A DNA stretch of 64,000 bases from Carcharhinus longimanus. Lineage: Eukaryota. Positions 50,401-59,937 of the stretch are shown here, in pieces (within the stretch, counting starts at the first letter, position 1; every line of letters starts with the position of its first letter). A model generated the notes under the pieces. It saw nothing but the letters and a program-made list of their open reading frames with translations, was not told the origin of the DNA and ran no database searches. Made by a program: the position numbers and the translations under genes. The DNA lies in contig JASCQW010000146.1 in assembly GCA_030264375.1 (NCBI GenBank), forward strand, positions 14,512,348 to 14,576,347, given 5' to 3'.

Positions 50401-53400
50401 TGGCATCACCTTGGACATGATGATATCAACACACTGCTTGCATACTTTAAAACAAGGAATATATTGTACTTTAAATGAAACCCAGACATAAAAATAAAGA
50501 CCTTTAAAACAAAACCACTTTAAAAGGTGAAACTTAAAATGGAGATATTCTGTATCATAATAAACTAGTTATCTCTGGTTTAAAATAGCAGACAAGAGGC
50601 AGAAGGGTGTGTTTTGCATTTGCCTTTGATGTTATCCTGAGTAATTTCTAGGCTAAGACGAGCTCATACAAATTTCTCAGGATTGTTGGAGTTGTGGAAA
50701 CAGGGCAGTAATGTAATCAAAATAGTGACGCAACATTTACCATCCTATACAGAGGGTGAAATGAGGAATCCAAGCACCTGCTTGAACAGAGCTCATTTTG
50801 GCTGCCTGGAACATAATGGAAGGAATCACTTGAAAATTGGCCCCAGAGTCTTTTTTTAAAAACTTTGTTAAGTGTCACTATCACAAATAAAGTCTTAGAT
50901 AACAGTCACTCAGTCTCACACAATGACATCTTGATTTCAGGTCTGACACATTGATTTTTCTGAATGCGAGGAGATCCAAAGTAAACTACAAAGTCCCATT
51001 GATTTGTTATTGAAACATCTTGTCCTATAGGTTTATTAGGCCAAACATTTGATCTAGACAAGCAGGATAGCTCAAGTTCCCTATAGTTTTGTGCCTCGCA
51101 TTCTCTCGGTGTAACAGTACAGACTGACTATCTTCAATGTCATTCCATGGCCGTGAATGAAGCCCAGATCACAAAGAGAGCAGCAAGCCTGCAACTGCCA
51201 AAGATGAAAGCCATGTGGGCTGTCGGAGGCTCACTAGGGTGTATTATGATTAACACCAGTGCAGATGCAAACATTACTTACTTGTACTCACCAATATGAT
51301 CAGGATGAGCAAGAAGATAATGTTGGCCATGTCAGAAACTGACTGGCCGATTACTTGCATCGTAATGTTCAGGCCCTGGATGGCAGCTAAACTCCGCACC
51401 ATTCGCAAAGCTCTCAGCACTCTGGAATAACCAAAACAAGGTCCTCATTTAATTACAAGCCAAGAATGAAATGACACATTAACCAAATATTTCCAAGTCA
51501 ATTCACTACTGGATTTTGTAATGCAAGTATTAATAAATATGCCAGTTTTAACTTTTTTACTTTGTTGTAATGTACACTTTATACTATATTAAAAATATGT
51601 CACTCTCGAAGTTCCATGTGAAGAAAAAGAAGAAATGCCTTACAGCTACATTTTTGCTTTTCTTTGGAAAAAAGAAGTCCATATTTTCCTGAAGATTTTG
51701 GAGCCATTAACAAAAATGGCAATTTCATTTTGGCATATTCGTGCAAATCAATTCCATCAATGCACATCAAAAACAAAATTATTAATCATAATCCTTTTAT
51801 ATTTTAAGTAACAAGAATAAAATTAAATTCCATAAATGATGAATATTTTGTTAACCATGTCAAACCACAAACAACTTTGATTAATGGCATACTGAAACTT
51901 CACTGACTGCATCATTGAAACTGCAGAATTCCAGAGGCAGAAAACTAGGGGGAAGCCTCACTTGTATGGGATATGCTGGTTAGGTGCAATGACCATGCTA
52001 AATTCTTCCTCAGTGCACCCAAACAGGCGCTGGAGTGTGGTGACTAGTAACTTCATTGCAGTGTTAATGTAAGCCTACATGTGACATTAATAAATAAACT
52101 TTAAACCCTGATGGCGACTGACAATGAATGCCCACCTGGTCTTGTTCCAGCAGGCTGCAGATTACAGCAGCAGTGAAAGCCCCCAAAGGAAGTGTTCACG
52201 CCTGCTAAGACAGCTAATGTACTGCCTTCAGAATCTGTGTTGGGTCTCTTGCCTCTCTTAGAGCTAAAACTCTTTAATCCTTTGCAGTGGCATGTGCCTG
52301 TGGAAAAGGCAAATGGTGCTGCTTGGGTGTTGAAGTTGCTATTCCTCTTGTAACACAGGAGTACAAAATAGAGCCACTTAACCTGCTCCCATTCAGCAGT
52401 GAAGGCTGACAGCAAAGGAATGGAAGATCAAGATGAGTGAAGTGCAAAACAGCTGAACTGACTTCCAAGAAGTTGGCAATCACTTGTTAAGTAATGAAAG
52501 CAAACTCTCGGAAGAAATATTGTGTGCACCAGTCTCACCTCGGCAGGGCTGTAGCTGTTCAGTTTACTGTTTGAAGGTCTCCCAGCTTGTCAGTTTTACT
52601 GATCAAACATTTTCCATTGTGATCTTGCTTGGTTGACCTTGGTGAATTTCAAACAGTTTGAGGAGCCTGTGCACTGGCTGTTAAAGCTAGAATTCTGGGT
52701 TAAATGTGCAAGTAGTTGTTTACCTGTATATGTTACATACTTAACTGGCAAATCCATGTGGTTTCCCATCACCTCTGAACATGTTTCAGTGAAACCCAGA
52801 AGAGGTGGGATTAAATGNNNNNNNNNNNNNNNNNNNNNNNNNNNNNNNNNNNNNNNNNNNNNNNNNNNNNNNNNNNNNNNNNNNNNNNNNNNNNNNNNNN
52901 NNNNNNNNNNNNNNNNNAGTGAAACCCAGAAGAGGTGGGATTAAATGCAAGGCTCCAGATCTGAAGCCACTATTTGGTACATTAAACTACTACACCACCA
53001 CCCCCCAACCCACCCCCATACCCATATCCAAACATACCCACCTTTGACGTTAAAGTTCTACCCTTTATGTTCACAATGGATCAAGAGAGTAGGACTGAAG
53101 AATGGAGAGAAAGAATACTTCAAGGACTGAAAACAGAAAATGCTGGAAATATACAGCAGCCAGTTAGTTGAAAGATAAGAAAGGTTAGTATTTCAGATGA
53201 ACCTTTTCATCAGCATTCCAAATTTCTCTCTCTTGCCTTTCAGATGCTGAGAGACCTGCCACTCAACTCCAATTTTTCTTTTGGATTTTCACGATCCACG
53301 GCTTTGTTTTAAATATCTACACAGAATTATCACTTTTCTATTTAAGAATGTCCTCTTACCTCAAAACATAGACAATCTCATGGTTCCTTGTGAACGACAG

Positions 53401-56400
53401 TGTGGAGCCTATGAATAAGGCGATGGTAAGGAAGAAGTCTGCAATGTTCAAAATATCCTAGAAAAATGTCAGAATAAAGAAAGAAAAAGGGCTTGCATTC
53501 CTTTCGCACTTTTCACACCTTCAGGATTTTCCAAAGAGCTGCACAGCCAATGAAATATTTTTGAAGAATAATCATTATTGTAATGTAGGAAGCACAATCG
53601 CCAATTTACACACATTAAGGTCCACAATAGCAATGAGAAAAATGAAATGACCCAGATAATCTGCTTAAGGCATGTTAATTGAGACAGAAATATTTGCCAT
53701 AATGTTGGAGAGGGCTCCTTTACTCTCCTTTGAAAAATGCCATGGGATTTCTTACATGCACTGACCCACTGGAAGCAAGAAAAGTAACTATGACAAGTAT
53801 ATAAAGAAGAGGGGTGTCTGGAATCAAACTTTTCTCCACCACAGACCTCCAGGGAAGTACTCTGCCTGAATGAAGACTTAACATCCAGAAAACGAATCAA
53901 GAGAAAGTCTCAATGTGAAATGGGCTTGGACATCTGTTTAATATATGGAAGACGGCAAGTTAGTACTGACTTGGACAGGATTTTTAGTTGTCCTATTCCC
54001 ATTACAGACTGGATTGAGAGTACTGAAACTCATTTCACTTTAAATTTTAAAAGCCCAAAAACAGGGTATACAAAAAAGAACAAAGAACAAAATCAGCCCG
54101 GGAAACAGGCCCTTTGGCCCAACGAGCCCGCGCCGCCATCTCAACACCACNNNNNNNNNNNNNNNNNNNNNNNNNNNNNNNNNNNNNNNNNNNNNNNNNN
54201 NNNNNNNNNNNNNNNNNNNNNNNNNNNNNNNNNNNNNNNNNNNNNNNNNNCGCCGCCATCTCAACACCACCAGTCCACCTCTCTACTCATGACCCCTATC
54301 TAATGTTTTATGGCCATCCAGATTGATTGCCAAGGTTTCCTCTGTCCCACCAATTCTCAGCTTCAACGGGAAATTTGTGCATCATTGGTTAAAAAGCAGA
54401 CACCCTATCATCTGCCCTTTACTGTCTGCTGGTCCTGTATTCCTGTCACATCCCTGTTACAACAAGACCTAGACACAGACAGCATCTGAAATATGTTTAA
54501 TGAGCCAAGCTCACATCCCGAGAGATAGGTACAGATAGTAAAGGAGGTTTTGAGGAAAAGCAAGCAGAGAAATAGCAAGTGAAAAGGGAATGAAGCTGCA
54601 GAGAGCAGGGATGGATTTTTTTTTGCACTTATTCCCTGTTGGAAGAGTGAGATCAATTGTGAGTTGGAAAATTGAATGGTGAAGTAGGAGGCACGGTGAA
54701 GGTTCTTTACTGAGCTATTCATGGTTTACAGAATCTCACCAGAACTTAGATTTTTGAGGCTGCAGCAACTGCTAGAATGGACAGGATACTTGGAAAGGTG
54801 TCCCCTGACCCCCCATATCTTTCTCTCTTAACTGGAGGTCATGCTGTGAGATCTACGGGCTGAAGGTGAGCTGTCCCAATGACAGGAAGAAAGGGACACC
54901 CAGGCAGGCTTGGATGGAAATTGCCAGAGAAGTCAGAAGCAGATGTGTGCTTCCTCCAATCTGGAGACAATACACCAAAAAGAACAAGGATTTCAGGAGA
55001 GTGGGGAAAGTCGAGTGGCAGAACTCTTTAAAGCATCAAGCCCTACATCCTAACTCTCCCAGAATTCCCCTGCATTGCACCTTACAGCTCCACTCACTGC
55101 TCTCTCTGCAGGGACCTCCTTACATTCCCATTTGAACAGCCAACATAAACTCATCCTCATCTTATTATCCTCTCACATTCATGCCTCAGTCTTCCACAAA
55201 TGTTTGTCCTTAACTCCCATCCACACTGGCTATTCCCAACATTCACATCTGTCTGCTTTCTTTTCTTGCAGCAGCAAGCACTTGGCTTGGTGAGAAGTAG
55301 AGACCCCAGTTGGGGTTGGGTGATGTGGTAAGGGTGGCTCTCTACTGACAGGCACCTATCCAATCAGCCATGGCCGACAAGTGACCACCTGTATAACTGG
55401 GAAGCAGATCTTGTTTCAGGAGTTGGCAGAAATGATATGCTGTGAAAACCTGAGTCTTATGGCACAGTGATGCTTACACATCAGGAGAGCTAATCCTGTT
55501 GTTGGGCCTCTTGCGTCCTTAGAGCTGGATCTTGGTTTCCATCACGGTTGCCCTGTGGAGGCTGTGAGGCTAAGCAAAAAGCTGCTGAGTCTCCTGTTGG
55601 TGTTACACTAGTTGCTGAAGGCGCTGATGGCAGTGGTATTGTTTCTCCCTTATCCTGTAGCAGAAGTAGAGGATGGAACAACACAACCTGTTCCTTTGGT
55701 GTGGTGAGAGCTGGCAACAAGATCTTCCCATTGTGCACTCGCCTTGGTGACCTGAGCGAGTTGGCAAAAGGTTGGGAGGAAGGTGCTTTGACTGGGAAAT
55801 CCACAACTGAGGGTTAAAACAATACTTAATTTAAGTATCTTAATTATTTACACAATGGCTGCATGGGGTTCTCTGCTTGCTTTCAATCCTACCTTAATGA
55901 AACTATAAGAGGGCAGGATTATGCCAGGATCCTGATCCAACATCACTTTTAGGGATTTAAGCCCTACACACATGCAAGCCTATTCCCTGGCAAAATTTCC
56001 CTCCAAAAGTCTGACACAAATTGAAGAATACAGTCGCGGTTGTTGTAGTGGTGGAGGGGGACAGACATGCATAAGATCCAGGTTCAGAGGCCCATAATGC
56101 ATGATCGACAACATAGAACAAGGGGATGTTGCAGAGGTGGGGTACAGTGAGGCTGAGGAGGAATTTGTAAGGGAACAGACAAATTCTGAATTAAAATGAT
56201 TTGGGTCATGGAAAAGGGTGTGGTAGCGAGTGGAACTTAGTATAGGACAGAATTAAGGAATGTAATTTTGCAGTTTGTGTAGGACAGACTTCAAGAAACT
56301 AGTGAGGGCAGCACATGTTGGAAAAAAAATCAAACTGGAAAGTAATGAATATATAGACAAACACTGTGTCTGTGGGAGTTTGCGCGTTCTCCCCGNNNNN

Positions 56401-59400
56401 NNNNNNNNNNNNNNNNNNNNNNNNNNNNNNNNNNNNNNNNNNNNNNNNNNNNNNNNNNNNNNNNNNNNNNNNNNNNNNNNNNNNNNNNNNNNNNNACAAT
56501 GGGACGGCGGCGCGGGCTCGTTGGGCCGAAGGGCCTGTTTCCCGTGCTGTGTTGTTGTTCTTTGTTCTTTGTACTACAAGGAGGGAAATACCACTTGAGC
56601 AATCAAATCCCCCAACTTATCTGGGGTTCTACCCACCTATTTTGTCTAGAAAGTTCTGCAACATACGACTTGATTCTCAAATAAAATCAAATAGAAAGTG
56701 AGATCTTCAGCCCACTCTGCCTGTGGGAACGAGGGTGTGGGTTCAAAATGAGGAAAGTTGGGAAAAACGTGATTCTTGCTGGCGAGATCGCATTTTCTGA
56801 TTTTGAACGAACCTCGCAGGCGGAGTGATGTGGAACATGCTGGGGAAGGGCAAGAACTTAATTTGAATGCATCAGCATATTATTAGTGAGCACTCATGCT
56901 GGATATTGAAGCCACAATAAATATTCAGCTGAGTGGCGTGACATCACATTTACAACAGATCTACATAAGCATGAACCTGGCGCCATTGCCTCCGAGGGAA
57001 GATCTCAGAGGTGAGAGCTCAGGAAGCCATTATTTCTCAGGTGGTCCAAGACTCAGGGGCACCAGGGAAAATGCTGGGGATGCAGAGAAACACAGTTCGG
57101 AGCTGGGGCTCAGGGCTGCTGTCACCATCGGGGTGGTGTTGGGGGTGTGGGTGGGAGGCCTTGCACCTTCCCTTCATATTGGGTCGCTCCTTGCTCCAAG
57201 GGGGATGTGCTGGCTGCCAAGTAAGCATCACTTCCCAGTCCCTCCATGCTGGGTTTGTACTCAAACAGTAGGTGAATGAGTGCCCTTTCTTGTTGGGATT
57301 GGAAGCTGGGTGGGAGGAGACTACAACAGAAGGGCAGTACTGGGTGTGGCAATGACGTCCAGCTTTGTGGGAGTCTAGGTCGCAAGGGCACTGTGGGAAC
57401 TAGTTACACAGTCTGGGGAAAAAGGTTAATCCTTTGGAACACAAATCCCCAAGAATGTAGAAATGTCTTTCAATTCATTCCTTAGCAGAACACAGCTTGC
57501 ACTGTGGAGAACTCCCAGGCATGGTAGTATAGTGATAGCTGGCACCACTCCCCCTGTTCAATAGCGGGCATGCTTTTCCCAGCCTGCTGCGCTGCTCAAA
57601 TACTGCAGCGGGCTGGGAAATGTCAGCGAGGGGGCCTATAGTGGCAGTCACAACCAGCGTCCAGTTGATCATGACTTTCCCAGGCCATTTTTTACAATGT
57701 AATCAGCCTCATGCCAAAAATCAGTGCAAGGCTGATTACAATGTGGAAATCTCAATTTCCATTTCATTAGCAAGCCTGGGACGGCATCACCCCGCAGGGA
57801 GAGATTCCCATCAACGATGCAACAGTAGTTAAAGCGGGTTCCCATGAATTGGAGAAGCCCAGTGATTGTGTGTGGGGGAGGGTGATGACACCATTGGGAG
57901 GCTGGCGATTGTGTGTGTGGCGGGGGAGGGGGGGAAGGAGATGACGCCATTGGAAGACTGTAATTGTGGGGAGGACAGCAAGCACACACCAAGCTCCCTA
58001 CCGACAGATCGGCGCATGCACAATGGCCAACTGAGGTCTTCCACAATGGGTGCCAGTTTAAAACCAATGATGTTGTGCCAGCATTATGTAAGCATTAGGC
58101 TGTACCTTTGCAATGGCAGGGGGCTGAAGCCATTGGCCAAACTGCAGGAGAATGTTGATGACTTGCAGTAAGGATAAAGCAATGCTTCCTCATCCTCAGA
58201 GTATGTTGAATCCTGCCTAATAAAGAGCTGTATGTGCTCTGCCAATGAACTGGCACATCATGGGTTTCAAAGCTGGAATGGTAGTCTCAGGTACTGCAGA
58301 TCCCTCTATGTTTGTGGCCAGGTTTCCACTTTTATTTAACACCCAAGGTGGACAGGTAATCAGCACCTCGATAGCCCTTTGGCTCTTCCTGCTCAGGTGA
58401 AGAGACGCAAAATTGAATTGCTCTAATCTTGATGGATGGGTGGGAGAGTTTGCTCCTTCTATGAATGGTTGAGGAGTTGCCTGCAGCAGGGCTTTTTTAC
58501 TCATCCTTAGTATGGGAGAGACGTAGCACAGCCATTTTCACACAGGAATAGTGTTGAGTGTGAGGAGCATAGCAGCAGGTAGTGGGGGGCGGGGGATGGT
58601 GAAACGGTGATTGGGAAGAGTGACCTCCTTACTGGTATTTGCAAAGCCCGAAATGGCTGGGTGAGTGATGAGGGTGGAGCTACAAGGGGTGTGTAAGGGG
58701 ATCCAGAAAAAGAGAGTGCATGAAGCTCATTTACTCTGGCAAGTGTAGAAGGTGATTCAACTTCTTGTGGCACTGCTGCCCTGTCCTCTCTTGCAGTGAA
58801 CTTGCTCTCACCATGGGTGGGACAGCATCTCAGACAGGGGTAGTGGCCTTGGTGAGAGACCTTTTCCTGGAGTGGGAGTAGAGTCTGGTGAAGACTCCTT
58901 GAGAATCGCGATGTGGCCTTCCTGACTGTCATCCCTGCTGTAGCATAAGAACATAAGAAATAGGAGCAGGAGTAGGCCATCTAGCCCTTTGAGCCTGCCC
59001 CGCCATTCAATAAGATCNNNNNNNNNNNNNNNNNNNNNNNNNNNNNNNNNNNNNNNNNNNNNNNNNNNNNNNNNNNNNNNNNNNNNNNNNNNNNNNNNNN
59101 NNNNNNNNNNNNNNNNNCCCCGAGGTCCCTCTGCACCGTCGCATGCTGCAGTTTTTCGCCATGTAAGTAATAGTCCTTCCTACCATTATTCCTATCAAAG
59201 TGGACAACTTCACACTTGCCAACATTAAATTCCATTGGAATTTAATGTTGGCCGTGGAAGCCATGGAACAAATGCTCAGCAGCCATTTATATGGAGCTCT
59301 CCAGTGTTTGGTGCAATTAAGTTGACACATGGCAGCAAATCAGAGTGTGGCATGATTCTCATGGTTATATAAAATCTGTGTTATTGAGGCTCAAAATCTG

Positions 59401-59937
59401 GTCAGAAATCATGCTGGAGCCTTCGGCAGGATTCACTCCATTTTTCTAGCTGGAACCAATACTTTGCCAAATTCTGGTAAGGTTGCCCTGAGTTCTAGAA
59501 TATTCATCCTGGCCCACGTCTCCACATTGCCGCAAATCTTTACAGCTCAACTGAAAACAAGTCTAGAATCTTTCCTCTTTAAGTACCTAGAATCTTTCTT
59601 TTCTCAACCTTTTTCAATACATCAATATCCACTTAAAAATCTCACACATTTGAAACTGTGGCCTACAGAAGTTTAAAATAACTTATCTAGCACTGATAAT
59701 TGGATGAATTTAAAATGATTATCACTGTTGGTAATCGATCAGTCAGCATGAAACTGTAATCAGTCCCAGCTCCTTCTCCTCTCTCAACTTTGCTAAATCA
59801 GTATATGGTTTTGACACAACACAGCTAGAATTTACCTTCCAGAATATCCAGAAGCCATAGTACCATTTCAGCAACATTTCCCAGAGAAAGATTGTTACCA
59901 ATATTTGTTCAAATATTGCAAAGAATATAGCGTATCT
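29394..59937 (-). CDS. CATSPER4: Cation channel sperm-associated protein 4, 5'-incomplete (8 exons in window, 374 aa)
   Basis: Exons of 102, 98, 130, 134, 181, 212, 163 and 105 nt join in frame with GT-AG boundaries; single 6TM channel domain with GFWIFWKD, S4, [19 protein letters not shown] (the CATSPER4-type pore) and EAIQRNLQYYKQIR coiled-coil region. Confidence 0.93.
30326..30545 (-). mobile_element. Penelope-like end fragment (gapped)
   Basis: 'gacaacaccaggttttagtccaacctatttatttg...ctagctttcgg' parallels positions 3-55. Confidence 0.55.
30665..31245 (+). mobile_element. L2-like LINE 3' fragment
   Basis: 'ctgctgaaaccttcactcacg...tctgtaaacttgggctcacccaaaac...tttaaaattcttatcc...ctctggagttccctcc'. 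Confidence 0.65.
33438..33600 (-). CDS. CATSPER4: CATSPER4 exon (C-terminal coiled coil)
   Basis: cag|C ATT GTG..., 163 nt, IVKELRDILFNREQQKQIM...MLIMEK; donor AAG|GTCAAA is weak. Confidence 0.85.
35063..35274 (-). CDS. CATSPER4: CATSPER4 exon (cytoplasmic C-terminal region)
   Basis: tcag|TTG..., 212 nt, LKDESESD...HKQQPMKYSSLENLNLTTYEEFCLVLEAIQRNLQYYKQIRLDLN; donor AA|GTAGGA. Confidence 0.92.
36515..37700 (-). mobile_element. Degenerate LINE fragment (same family as 370-862) with a nested SINE at about 36925-37200
   Basis: Minus-strand translation NIHSLHHQRIVAAVCTIYKMH; shared 3' end with 370-470. Confidence 0.65.
38664..38844 (-). CDS. CATSPER4: CATSPER4 exon (S6)
   Basis: ttccag|G GAC..., 181 nt, DRDGAIMYWAALYLFFFIIGAAFIFANIMVAAAASNLEEAM...LLTE; donor GAG|GTATGA. 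Confidence 0.92.
40016..40149 (-). CDS. CATSPER4: CATSPER4 exon (end of S5 and pore loop)
   Basis: tttttgcag|GCA..., 134 nt, [44 protein letters not shown]; donor GT|GTAAGT. Confidence 0.95.
42018..43005. mobile_element. GC-rich non-autonomous DNA transposon (MITE-like) inside the Gypsy element
   Basis: Imperfect inverted ends GGGGCGAATCTTCC...GGGAGAATCACAGTCC; similar ends near 2147, 32209 and 34990. Confidence 0.5.
44725..46379 (+). mobile_element. 5'-truncated CR1 LINE nested in the Gypsy element
   Basis: LKVDKSPRPDNLH..VLKEVA...DWKIANVSPLFKKGGREKTGNHRPVSL, YLDFQKAFDK, SKFADDTKL, FFTQRVVNVWNSL, and a (TTTCTA)n tail. Confidence 0.9.
51292..51421 (-). CDS. CATSPER4: CATSPER4 exon (S4, S4-S5 linker, start of S5)
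   Basis: ttccag|A GTG..., 130 nt, (R)[43 protein letters not shown]; donor TTG|GTGAGT. Confidence 0.95.
53128..53290. mobile_element. Penelope-derived short element with hammerhead-like core on minus
   Basis: 'aaacagaaaatgctggaaat...' left end and 'cagatgctg..agacctg' right end; minus 53213-53184 reads CTGATGA-AA-AGGT-TC-ATCT-GAAA-TACTAAC. Confidence 0.5.
53360..53457 (-). CDS. CATSPER4: CATSPER4 exon (S3)
   Basis: tttttctag|GAT..., 98 nt, DILNIADFFLTIALFIGSTLSFTRNHEIVYVL(R); donor AG|GTAAGA. Confidence 0.92.
53475..53770 (-). mobile_element. DeuSINE-like SINE 3' part
   Basis: Reverse complement resembles 9745-10012 ('aaatcccatggcatttttcaaaggagag...tcattgctattgtgga...gaatgcaagc'). Confidence 0.65.
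54075..54150 (-). mobile_element. Young CpG-rich SINE/CR1 3' tail
   Basis: (AAAGAAC)n tail plus 'cccgggaaacaggccctttggcccaacgagcccgcgccg'; inverted near-copy at 56500-56570. Confidence 0.65.
54825..55012 (+). mobile_element. Harbinger-associated Myb/SANT-like DNA-binding gene relic
   Basis: Translation RQAWMEIAREVRSRCVLPPIWRQYTKKNKDFRR fits the W..IA..V...W.QC.K.F.DL Myb/SANT-like pattern; upstream part contains a stop and frameshift. Confidence 0.6.
56362..56572 (+). mobile_element. Young HE1-type SINE (gapped)
   Basis: 'ctgtgtctgtgggagtttgcgcgttctccccg' body, a gap, then a CpG-rich CR1-like tail ending (TTCTTTG)n. Confidence 0.7.
56700..56985. repeat. Interspersed repeat (DNA-transposon-like end), copy at about 63760-64000
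   Basis: Shared 'gatcgcattttctgattttgaacgaacctcg...aaatattcagctg..gcgtgacatcacatttacaacag' in the same orientation. Confidence 0.7.
58944..59236 (-). mobile_element. Young CR1 3' fragment (gapped)
   Basis: ORF MEFNVGKCEVVHFDRNN...YYLHGEKLQHATVQRDLG and tail CATAAGAACATAAGAA on +. Confidence 0.85.
59836..59937 (-). CDS. CATSPER4: CATSPER4 exon (S2), most 5' exon found in the window
   Basis: ttcttccacacag|AGA..., 102 nt, RYAIFFAIFEQILVTIFLWEMLLKWYYGFWIFWK; donor AAG|GTAAAT. Confidence 0.93.
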
